Assembly (NCBI GenBank): GCA_905178155.1
Contig: CAJINV010000005.1
Location: 5,349,038 to 5,413,037, forward strand
Origin: Amoebophrya sp. A120
Lineage: Eukaryota > Protista > Dinoflagellata
Length of the DNA: 64,000 nucleotides
Direction of reading: 5' to 3'
Every line of letters starts with the position of its first letter. Within the stretch, counting starts at the first letter, position 1. Shown here piece by piece: positions 50,901-61,900 of this stretch. The notes under the pieces are model-generated. The model was not told where the DNA came from. It made no database searches and was given only the letters and a program-made list of their open reading frames with translations. Both the position numbers and the translations under genes were made by a program.

Positions 50901-53900
50901 GCTTTTGCCTCTTGGCACTGTTTGCATGACAGGTTCTGGTACTAGCGGCCCAAACAGCATTTAGAATGATCCTGGACGAATTTGTGATGCGAAACCGGCA
51001 TAATTCTTACTAGCGCTTGTATTGCAGGCCATGCGGACGGGGCGGGTTCTTGTGCACTCTCATAACGAGTGCGCAAACCAACTGAAGGACGAGTGTTTCA
51101 ACGACCACTCGAGCTCTTTCCTTGAGAAAATGGACCTGGATATCCCAGAGAGAAAACAAAAAGCAGGCCGGGCATATTAGTTTTTAATGCAAAAATCGAT
51201 ACACGCAAAGTCTCTTCTCATGGGCGGCCCCATAGCATGCTGCTTAAGATATGCAATGCAGTATTCATTTTTGCATTACAAAGAAATTTGATCCTGCCTG
51301 CTTTTTTCTGTGTGATACTGGAGAAATTGAACTTGGCGGCCTATGAATTCGCGGGCAGGATGCATAAGGTACTTACAGCTTTATTTGGTGATGTAGAAAA
51401 TTGAAATTCTGTTTCTGCATTGCAAATCTATCCTAGTAGTTGCAGTACAAATTTTGTCAAGCGGAAAAGCGGAATTCAATGTGTAATGCTGGTTCAGATG
51501 GGAAACTACTTACTTGCATAGCTGGAAATTCTACGCCAGCGTTTGTTTTGCATTGATTAGTTGTGCATGATAAAAACTCCACGGACGATGATCAATTCTT
51601 CGCAGGAATAAATCAAAGCTTATTGTCCTCTCTTTACCTGCTCAGGCCTTTCAAAGCCACATCACCCACGCGGCGGCCGTCATTCGGGGAACGAGTTTTA
51701 TGTATGACAGTGCACAACTCCCGCTCTCCCTCATTTGTCATGCGAAATACCCAACTCCACGCTTTCCCTCCTGTCACTATTATGCATGACAAGTTGTGAT
51801 AGCCCAAATAGCACTCTACACTCCAGTGCAAATTTGTCATGCAAAACCGGCACTCTTGCTGATCCTTGGTTGTACTATTGCCGTTCATGCAATACAAATG
51901 GGGGGGGAGGGGGAGTTGTGCACTCTCATATTATGCAGAGCAAGGACAAGATCGCGGCAAAACTTGGGGTATGATCTGCAAAAGTATGGTACTGCTCGTA
52001 CTAGCTGTATTGCAATACAAATTAGCTCAGCATGACACATGGAATTTGTCGTGCTGATTTACTTAGCTTGAGAAAGAATAAGAAACAGAAACTTGTCTTG
52101 TATGACAACTGCGATTAGTACGAGTACGCTGCTTTTGCACAGGATACGGGGAGGCCAGTTCTCTGCTGGATGGCAACCGCCAACTGCTCCGCGAGCACCG
52201 TTATCAAGTGCAAATACGTAGTATGGGTCTGGAACATCATGACAACTTGTCATGCCAAATCTGAGTCATGCAAAATTCTGTGTTGCATGCTTACAAAAAG
52301 CCGTCCATTTATGACCAAGTATGACGAATTTGCAATCCATAACCGCGTCTCGAAGCCGAACGCGAACCATTTTCCGGGAAAAATCCTGCCGGCGGTGAAA
52401 AAGACCTCCAAAACTTCATCTTCTTCCACGCAGAACAGCGACGGCAGTAGCAACCTCGCAGACGACGAAAAATCCGAATTTTTGCGCGCGCGGCAGCTGG
52501 GCATCAAGTCGAGTAGTTCGAGTCGAGCATCTTCTACCCGCCATTCCGCGTGGATGCTGTTTCTGCAGAAAATTGCGTTCGGGACGAACAAGTTAACAAC
52601 CACAGCACGACGATCGAGATCGTTGACGAAGTCAACTACATCCGGAGATAATGACAGCAGCAGCAAAGACAATGACAATGTTGACAAACCCATTTACCAC
52701 CACACTCTCGTGTACTCCATCCCCACGAACTGCGACAAATCTTTACCCCCTTCGGCGACGCGGGAGGAGAAGGAACTTTGCTTCAACAAGTTTGTCGAGG
52801 AAACTTTGAAGCCGACTTTGGAACAGTATCCACAATAAGTTTACCGTACACGTACAAATGCGGTCTCTGCATGGCAAAACTTGACTTCGATCCTAGTTCA
52901 GCATGACAAGTCTCACACTCCAAATTGGGGAAATTTGTGATGAATCTTGTACATGTTGTGCGGGAAATTTGTATTGCATAAACAGCAACTACTGTTCACG
53001 ACGGATGAAAGTGAAAAGAAACAAAATGATTTGGAAAAGATCTTTCCACCGGAATTAGCGGGTCGTGACAACACGAAAAACAAAAAGACGACGAACAACC
53101 TGTCGCTGAGAGTGTTGAAGCTGGGTGAAACCATCATGTTTACTGCGGAAAGGGAGGAGAAGGAATTGTTCATGACCGAAGTCGGGAAAAACGACGAAGA
53201 GGGATCAACTTCCAGCAACACGGCAGATGACCTGGAAAACACGGTTTTGATGCTCTTCTTCGTCCTCGCGGTGGGATTCAGTCTGTACTTCCTGCTGAAG
53301 AGAAGGTTCGCGAACTTGATCAGCGGTGGAGAGGGTGCAAGCAAAAACTACATCTTCGGAGCTTCTTCTTCTTCCTCTTCTTCTGCCGCGGGGTACGGGG
53401 TTGATGACAAAACATCCTCTGCCGGGGCGGGGAACAAGTCGCCATCTCTTTCGTCCAAAAGCACGAGCAGTGGCGAGAGTACGGCGCCCATTGCGAAATC
53501 GATGGTGACAGGACGATATGAACTGCAAAATCATCGTACTAGTAGCTGTAATTGCAATACAAATTAGCTCAGCATGACAAATTGAATTTGTCATGCTGTT
53601 TAACCTTGGGATGGAGATTTGTAATGCAGGACTGCGATTACTACGAGTACGATACTTTTGCACAGGATAGACGAAATGGAGGGACGAAGCGGGAAGTTTT
53701 AGCAGGGAAGAAACATCTCGGCGGCCCGGGGGATCAAGAAGCGGTATGGATTGCAAAAATGTCTGGGTCTGGAAGAATGCAGGAGTCTGTCATGCAGATT
53801 TTGCATGACCCATGAGGTCTGTGATGCATGCCCTAGCATCAGAGATTGTGCGAGGGCTTTCTGATGCTCATACCGCATGAGAAATGCCCTCTCCGCGTAG

Positions 53901-54093
53901 CACAAATTACACCTCTTTTGCTCTTCATGCAATACAGTTTTTATGTAGATTCCAAAAGTAGCATCACAAGTTGTATCCTTCCAGACCCAGACACTTTTAC
54001 ATTTGATAAGCGGCAGTGATTGGAAACACGAATGTGGTGCAACGCAGTGAGACCCAGCGGATCGGTGGGGCGGAAAGTAAAAATCGCCTTTAA
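47960..54093 (+). CDS. Cys-rich type-I membrane protein, paralog B
   Basis: Same motif order as paralog A (SNRNAASHLWV, NFCPVSGSP, HHCCVPCVCD, YALVIRDPC, SGMGAIFIQAACLGFAP, HTLVYS, TM VLMLFFVLAVGFSLYFLL-KRR); introns near 48320-48530 and 51370-51600 unresolved. Confidence 0.78.
48050..48158. mobile_element. TIR intron element F5
   Basis: DR ttgtc/ttgtc. Confidence 0.9.
48606..48764. mobile_element. TIR intron element F7
   Basis: DR gacac/gacac. Confidence 0.9.
48813..48958. mobile_element. TIR intron element F2
   Basis: DR gggtc/gggtc. Confidence 0.9.
49086..49299 (+). other. Canonical GT-AG intron
   Basis: gtact...pyrimidine tract...tgcag; joins MQLQ-WTAP, aligning with IRWNS of paralog A. 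Confidence 0.7.
49413..49705. mobile_element. TIR intron element F3 (diverged)
   Basis: DR cgtgc/cgtgc; ends ATG; joins HHCCV-PCVCD. Confidence 0.88.
49950..50109. mobile_element. TIR intron element F6 (inverted relative to 19818)
   Basis: DR aattt/aattg; ends AGA. Confidence 0.85.
50187..50396. mobile_element. TIR intron element F4-like
   Basis: DR ctggc/ctggc. Confidence 0.9.
50501..50743 (+). other. Canonical GT-AG intron
   Basis: Joins IFIQ-AACLG, contiguous in paralog A. Confidence 0.85.
50613..50728. repeat. Intronic minisatellite
   Basis: Reiterated caccgaatactccttactcatgcaaatgaacatgca units. Confidence 0.8.
50843..51064. mobile_element. TIR intron element F1
   Basis: DR acgaa/acgag. 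Confidence 0.85.
51141..51317. mobile_element. TIR intron element F8
   Basis: DR ctgga/ctgga. Confidence 0.9.
51703..51930. mobile_element. TIR intron element F1
   Basis: DR ttatg/ttatg. Confidence 0.9.
51970..52146. mobile_element. TIR intron element F2
   Basis: DR tgggg/cgggg. Confidence 0.85.
52202..52341. mobile_element. Internally deleted F3 element
   Basis: Left F3 end intact, right ccagacccagac block missing; DR accgt/accgc. Confidence 0.8.
52827..52980. mobile_element. TIR intron element F6
   Basis: DR aacag/aacag. Confidence 0.9.
53517..53669. mobile_element. TIR intron element F2
   Basis: DR gacga/gacga. Confidence 0.9.
53745..54008. mobile_element. TIR intron element F3
   Basis: DR agcgg/agcgg. 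Confidence 0.9.
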
Positions 54094-54222
54094 GAAGGTA
54101 GGAAAAGGAGGGGCGTTGTAAGACGCCGAACCGACGAGCCACGCGTCCATTGAACCGGGCCACACTTCAAGTAGTATAAAAATCTTGTGATGGTAAAAGC
54201 AGAAGGAGTAAGTGGCACAAGC

Positions 54223-54598
54223 TGTAGATGAATTCCGTTGAAGATGCAAACTCGTGGCGAAGGAGGTCGAGCAGTATCAATGTAGAGAAGTTGTAGATGT
54301 ATCAAATGTAAAAATGTCTGGGTCTGGAAGAATGCAACTTGTAATGCGTATTTCAGAACACAGAAAAGTCTCTCATGTATACGTAGCAAAAGCTCCCACT
54401 TTTTGTCAGAAAAATAGGGGACTTGTCATGCGGATTCGGCATTGCGGAAGGTTCTCGAAACCTGTGATGATAGAGCTTCCATGCCAGACCTTCTGTGTCA
54501 TGCAAAAACAGCATGACCCTTTCAGACCCAGACATTTTTGCATTTCATAAGATGAATTCCGTTGAAGATGCAAACTCGTGGCGAAGGAGGTCGAGCAG
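54223..54598. repeat. About 52-bp direct duplication, second copy interrupted by an F3 element
   Basis: tgtagatgaattccgttgaagatgcaaactcgtggcgaaggaggtcgagcag at 54223-54274 and again at 54292-54299 plus 54555-54598. Confidence 0.9.
54300..54549. mobile_element. F3 element downstream of the stop codon (probable 3' UTR)
   Basis: DR agatg/agatg. Confidence 0.9.
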
Positions 54599-54639
54599 GG
54601 CCTTCTGAGTATCTTTTCATCAATTTCTGTTTCAGTTTT

Positions 54640-54701
54640 GACGTCGTGTTTCGACTTAACAAGTTTCGAAGACGTCGTGTTTCGACTTAACAAGTTTCGA
54701 A
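54640..54701. repeat. Perfect 31-bp tandem duplication
   Basis: gacgtcgtgtttcgacttaacaagtttcgaa x2. Confidence 0.9.
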
Positions 54702-55941
54702 GAAACCGAATCATTTTTTGCAGGCAGTTGCTAAATCCTTATTAATTTGATGCCGTTTGGAGGTCGACCTATCGCTGTCGATGTAGTTTTTGTTTCTTTG
54801 AACTTACCCGAGGTTTGATAAAAGGCTAAGGCGTATTACAGGTACGTAGAACTCAAAGTAGTTCCGGAAATTTTTTTTTCTCGGCGCGGCTTCGACCTAA
54901 CCTATTCGATTGCGCTACAAAAATCTCTTGATTTTCATCTTGATTTAAGGGTTTCATTTCAACAAAATTGAGATTCGGATCATTTTTCCAACCGTGATCC
55001 TACGAATGAGCAATGTAGATTTGCATTTGCCACCAATTTGGTATGAGCTTGTTGGTTCATTTGTTTGTACGTAGGTGTCGTAGTTACCAGATTCTTGTTG
55101 AGTGCAGCGGTATTCGTATACTTTCAAAAAGGTGTTAGAGGAACAGCAAGCGACACGCAGGTTGCTCGCCTCTCCGGCACAGGTGCGTGCAGTCGTAAGG
55201 AAGACTCATTTCACTGACAGATGTAGTTGTGCATGTTGTCCAAGCGGCGGTCCAAAGAACCAGTGCGTGTGCGCAACTACTTCAAGAAGATAAAAACAAA
55301 TGACACGACGCTTGATGAGTCAGATTCGGTAGTAGACGTAGTTGCCCAGCATAGTTCCAGGTCTGAAATTTGGTGATTTCCCGGTTCTTCTTCCTGCTTG
55401 TTTCTCGGTTATTTTCTTCTACGTCTTCAACCGGCACTAGTCTTCAACAGGTTATGTCTTCTATGTCTTCAACAGGTCGTATGTGTACGCGCAAGGGAGG
55501 ACATTATTTTTAACTGAGCGAAAATACAGCAAAACGGACAGGAGGGTACAACGGGTAGTTTGGAAAGAAGTAAGAAAGGGCGGCGCGGGGAGGTTGAGCG
55601 CAGCATATAAGCAGGAGACGCAAATTTATGTTGGATTTGAATTTACGTAGAAGTTGTAGAGGGCTTGTTCAACCACCAGAACCCGTCGTCATTGTGAAGG
55701 AGCGGCTGCATCCGAGGACCGGGAAAACAGAAAGTGCTCTACTGCAGCTCGCTGTGGAGTACAACAAGGTTTTAAAAAAGTGCTAGTTGTCTCTTAGCAA
55801 AAAATCGAACGAAAGTGACTGCAAAAAAGAGAATATTTATATAATGTTGTAACGTTTTGTAGTACTATGCTGCGACACGACAGACACTGTCACTGAGACA
55901 ATCGATAACCAACCAGCTGGCGGAGTAACAGCAGGAGCACC

Positions 55942-58900
55942 ATGTCGACCTCGAACACCCCAATTCTCCGGGGGAAAAACTCCCGCCTTCCCAAGCAGCT
56001 CCCCAGCCTCGAATATCAAATGCAAATATGTCTCGGTCTGGTAGGTTGCAACTTGTGATGCTGTCTCTGGATTCGAAAAAAATCTATATTGCATGACCAG
56101 CAAGAAGAGACCAGTTTGTCCTACGCGGACAGGGCATTTCTCATGCAGAATCAGCATCAGGATCAGCATCAGGAAGCCCACCTCTACAACTCTGTCATGC
56201 TAGGCCATGCATTTTTACAGGCATCAGGGGTCGTGCAACATATCCATGACAAACCTAGCAACTTTCCAGACCCAGACATATTTGCATTTGATATCGAATC
56301 CACCCCGACGGCGGCAGCACTGTTGGACAATCTGCCCACTCCTGCGAGGGCGGGTACTACGGGGGGAGTTCGTCGGGCGAATAACAACAACAATGTTCTT
56401 GGGGCAGCAGGAGGAGCTGTGCCGGCTTTTTTTCCGCGGCACCAACTGCAAGGAGAGCCATCCGCTGTGCAGATGTTGAACGCTGCAGCGCCAACTACAA
56501 CGGAGATTAACAACGCGAGTGGAGGTGCTGTTGTACTTGGTGCAGGAGCTGCAGATACTCTATTACAAGAGAACTCCGCCGGCTTCTCCGGCGACGCAGC
56601 TTTTTCGCAGACGCAGACAAGCACAGCATCTTCAACTGCTGGGCAAGGAAGTAGTGGAAACACAGTTGTTGACGAAGGAGATCAGGAAGAAGGTCGCAAC
56701 AGCCGCAATCCAGAAAATCTGCTCGACATCCACTCAACAAATATTAACCAGACTGCCAGCAGCAATCCGCTCAACTCATCCAAACACCTCCGGCCGCAGT
56801 CCTGTTTTTCTCCCGGCGGGGGTATGAAATGCAAACGCATCGTACTAGTATAAATTGCATTTACAAATTGACTTAGCACTACAAATGAAATTTGTAATGC
56901 TGATTTACCTTGAGAAAGAGATTTGTAATGCATAAATGCAATTGCCACGAGTACGAGACTTTTGCACAGGATAGGGGGCGTGGTAGGGGAATTCGGACTA
57001 GAAATCGGCGACACGACAACGATATGCAATGCAAAAGCATCGTACTAATCTAAATTGCATTACAAATTGACTAAGCATTACAAATTGAATTTGTAATGCG
57101 GATTTGCCTTAACAAAAAGATGCAGAACCGCAATTAGTACGATTACGATACTTCTGCACTGCATAAACGACAGCAGGAGCAGCTTTCGGCGCCGGAGGTG
57201 GCGGAGGTTTCATGTTCGGCTTACACGGAGCAGGAGGTGCAGGACATCAGTTTCTACACCACAACTCGCAGGACGACGCTCCTGATGAAGTCTTGGCGCA
57301 ACAGCGGAAGGAAAAGCTACTCCGCACGGGCACTCTGCTATCGCAAGAAAATAAAACTGTTTCACTGTAAACTTGTAATGCAGAAAATGCTTCGCAAAAG
57401 TGTTTGTCTTTGTGTTGCAGCTACACATGCAAGACAAGAAGTGACTTTTGGCCGTGTTTTCCCGTAGCATCCTCACATGGCAAGTTTTCTTTGTCAGGTG
57501 TAAGTAACGATCTTGTGATGCAAAATTTGCAAAATTCTTACAGTGAAGCACTTTTTTCGTACGATATCTGCCGGAAGAGGATGAGGAAGCGCTGCCGATC
57601 GGGGTGAAAAAAGCGATGAAAAAGAACGCGACGGCGAGGGGTTCGCCGAAGAAGAAGAAACCGAGCAGCTGCGGCGTGGATGGCAAAATAAACGACCACA
57701 GTCGTCGTGTCAGTGAAGATTATAACACGACGATCAACTCCTACTCCATGATCTCGTCGTCCCCCTCCAACAAAGGTCGTGGACCTGCGCTGTCAACGAC
57801 CGAAGCTGGAAGTACAAGAATTAGAGTATCGGCGAGGAACAGGTCCTCGGCTGCACTTCTAGCGGCACGACTGTGCAAAATTATCGTACTCGTATAAATG
57901 CCAGACTAGCTGCATGAGCATGACAAATCTGGTTTCTTAGGTAATTTAGCATGACAAATTCAATTATTCATGCTGAGCTAATTTGTGATGCAATTTATAG
58001 CTAGTACGATGTTGCTTTTGCAGTGCATAAGCGGCACTGTCCGACGAAAGTAGTGAAGACGAGGAGGCGGCGGCGTTTCGGCGGAAGGCAACTCAGTATG
58101 GATGTGTCAGGATCGAAATCGACAAAGTTGAAATAACTTGCAATGCATAAAATGCATGACGCGGAATATGTGTGCTGCAAAGCAGGCAAGTGACACCGAT
58201 TGTAAGCCTGTTTGGATTTAGAGCTCGAGCTGCTAAAGCAGCATGAGAGAGTCGGTCTTCTTTGCTTAAACAGCATTACAAACTGGATTTAGATAGCGCC
58301 AAGATTTGTCATGCGCCACTTGGAAACTGGGTTGCAACTGGCATCCATTTTATGCATGGCAAACCATTGCAACTTTGTCGACTTCAATCCTGGCACACCC
58401 ATACTCAGGCGGAGTTGGATATACAGCAACTCCTGCTTGGAAACAAGAAAGGTGACGACGGTAGTAGCGCCAATAGAATTAGAAGCGGGCGCGGGCTGCA
58501 AAATGATACTGGCATGGACCGCGGCTCTTCGGAAGATGAAGATGAACAAACTGGAGCGGATAAAAAATTATCAACATCATCAAACCCGGCACGCCACAAC
58601 AACAAGCTGGCGACGATGAAGGCGAATTCTGTCGTCTCCAACGGTAGTACTAAGTTAAGAAGCAATTTCTACGGCTCCCCCCACAGTGCAAGTACAACTG
58701 CGGGCGAAATCAACATCCGCTGGAAGGAGCCAGGACGTGGGTCGAACAAGACAGCCGCCGTCAACGGGAGCAGTAGTAGTAGCAGCTACGAAAAAATCAT
58801 GAGTGCGAGCGGGACGTCGAAGATGAAATTGAAAACGAGCTTGAACACAACTTCTACGGAAATAGACCAGCTTACCACCGCTCGTCCCCGACCCAGAACG

Positions 58901-61900
58901 ATAAAGGTTCTTCCGTCTACTTCCGCCACACCCACCTCAGGAGACGCTTTGGGAGTAGTTCATGGAAGCAGTAGCAGTGGTACTGGTAACCTACGTAGCC
59001 GTTCCTCGTCCAGCTCTCAGCCCTCTACTGCGGCGCAACTACATCAAGCACAGCAAATATCAACCAAAGACCAGCTCGAACAGGAGATGCTCGAAAACGA
59101 CCTGTCGCCGGAGAAGAGCAAAAAGGTGGACTCGTGGCTACGGGGCATTATCCTGTGCAAAAGTATCGTACTCGTAGTAATTGCAGTCATGCATTACAAA
59201 TTTTTTTTCTTGAGGTAAATCCGCATGACAAATTTCATTTGTTGTGCTGAGCGAATTTGTAATGCAATTACTACTAGCGCGATACTTTTGCAATGCATAG
59301 GTATGGCGATCGAGCAAAAACGATCCGAACGGATGAAGTTGCCGAGCTTTCAAGAGTCGGCCGCCCTGTCGAGGAAAGACTCACTGGGAAAGAACGACCT
59401 GAAGTTGAAGCAACTCTGCCCGGAGGAGTTCGTGCGGAAGTTGAATTCCCGCTACGAATCCAGTACGCATTGCAAATATGTCTGGGTCTGGAAGAGTGCA
59501 AGACTTGTTGTCATGCAGAAACTCCATAACACACGAGGTCTGGCATACAGGGCCCAGCATGACAGATTCTGTGAGATATAATCCATCATGTATGACGCCT
59601 CTCCTGCATGACAAACTGCCTCTGGACTTGGGCAAAACGTCGGGATGACTTTTGGCAATCATGCAACACAGATTTTTGTGCAGGATGCAGACTTAGCATG
59701 ACAAGTTTCCACTCTACTTCCAAGCCCAGACATATTTGCAATGCATATCCAGCATGAAAAACGTAAACAACCGGGACTTGGCCGAAATGGTAGTGAACAA
59801 TTTAAATCTGTCCAACACCTTCACCCCAAACGAAAAAACGGTTATGAGAGCCTCAGAATGGAAATTCTCAAAGTGGAAGTAATCTGTGATGCATGAAAGA
59901 CGACACCAAAAAGACTGTATTGCAGAGAACGCAATCGAGGCCGACTATTGTGCTTCTACGGCTTCAGAATTGGGCTGCTGATCAGCACGAGAGAGGGGCA
60001 CCCCTTTGCCCTAAGTAGCATGACAGAGTAAGGTCGTTTTTTGCATTACAAATTTATTTCCACTTGTTTGAGGACTTTCATTCTGAGGCTTTCATAACGG
60101 TGAAGCGGCGCGAAAAGGCCCTGTTTTTGAAACACAGTGAGAAGGAAAAACTGCTGGAAGAAAGCAAGGACTACTGGGTAAACACCGCGATGTCGCCGAT
60201 GAGCAATTTTGGATACCACGATCTGGACCTTGTTCCTCACGCCTCGTCGTCTTCACCGGGTGCCGGCGCTCCTGCTGCAGTAGTCGGGAACACGGAAACC
60301 GTCAACGCTAAAAATAGTGTACCAGCATCAAGCCCAGGAGGAGAGGAAAGATCGCAGCAGGAAATGTTGGTGCGTCGGGGAGAAGGTACGAGAAGTTCTA
60401 GTCCTAGTGCTGGAGGTGGTGCAATACATCAAGAAATTGACTCTGGTGCAGTTGCAGCCCCGGGAGGATCTTCGACGGGGAATGACACGAATACGATGAA
60501 CAACATGACGATCAAAACATCGAGCAATGCGCTTCGTACAGCAAACGCAAAGAGAAATGTGCCGCGAATGAAACCGAGCGGAAAATTTGGTACGTTTGGG
60601 CCGAAGACCGCAAGTAATACGGTGAATGGTACTACTAGAACTGAAGCGGTTATAATTTTGAGTCCGAAAACCAAGACCACGAACAGGAACCTGGATAACG
60701 ATTTTCTTGAATCTTCCAGTCGTCGCTCGGGTGTAATGACGTCCCCTGCGAGGTTGAATGCGGTTGCAAGTCAAACAAGAACAAAATCCGGTACAAATGT
60801 AGTGAACAAGCAGCTGGGAAAAGAAAATAAAAATAGCTGCTCGCCAACTTCGTGTGGGGCCGAATCACTTTCATTGAAGAGTCCTTCACGCAAGAACTTT
60901 TTCTCACCCTCACGCACAACAGGAAGTTTCTTCCTCGGTGCCCTTTCTCCGACTTCTTGTTCGCCTGGCTTCAATACCACGCTCTCCCCCAGCAGCATGA
61001 CGTCCCCGACGAGCGCCGGGCTGACTAGGCCGAGTTGGCTGGGACGGAAACGGATTCTCGACCCGGAAAAAGATCCGGTGTACATCCAGCATCAGTGCAG
61101 CGCAAAATGGCTCAAGCTGATTACGGTGATTCACTGCTTCCAGCACGAGTTCAAACAGCGGCTGCTCTTTTTACGGAAAATCCAACTGGCCGTGCCCCCG
61201 AACCGGAATGGCGACGCGGACGAGAAACTATTCTCGAAGTACTGGAAAAACTACGACATCGAGGACGAGACCACGATAGTACTGTCTTCAACAAACGACC
61301 ACGATGAAGAAGAAGACGAGTCGTGTGAAGTACAACGTGGGGATGAAGAGCAGTCCACTACCTCACACACCGTACCAGCAAAACAAGATGACGAGCAAAT
61401 GATAAATAAGAACACCGGGGGCAGCGCAAAAACAAAAAGTAGGGATGAGCAAGAACATGACTACAAGCACAACTACGTCCAGCACGAAGCAGGTCGTGGT
61501 GATTATTTCGTACACGATGAGGAACCACTAGATGAGACCTTTTTCGTGGCGAAGAGGTACCTGCTGCTTTTGCCGATCCGTATCAAGTGCAAAAATGTCT
61601 GGGTCTGGAAGATTCTGAGACTTGTTGCCATGCATGTTTTGCATGACCCAGGATGTCTGTAATGCACGACCTAGCAACACAGATTTTTAGCGGGCTCCCT
61701 GATGCCTCCTCCGCATGACAAACGCCCTCGCCGCGTAGCATAAACTAGACTCCTCTTGCTGGTCATGCAGTACAGATCTTTTTAGAGTCCAAGCTTAGCA
61801 TCACAAGTTCCACCCTTCCAGACGAAGACACTTTTGCACTTGATAGTCCGCGTTTTGAAACAACAGTATGCGGAGTATCTAGAGCTGAAGAAGAGAAGAA

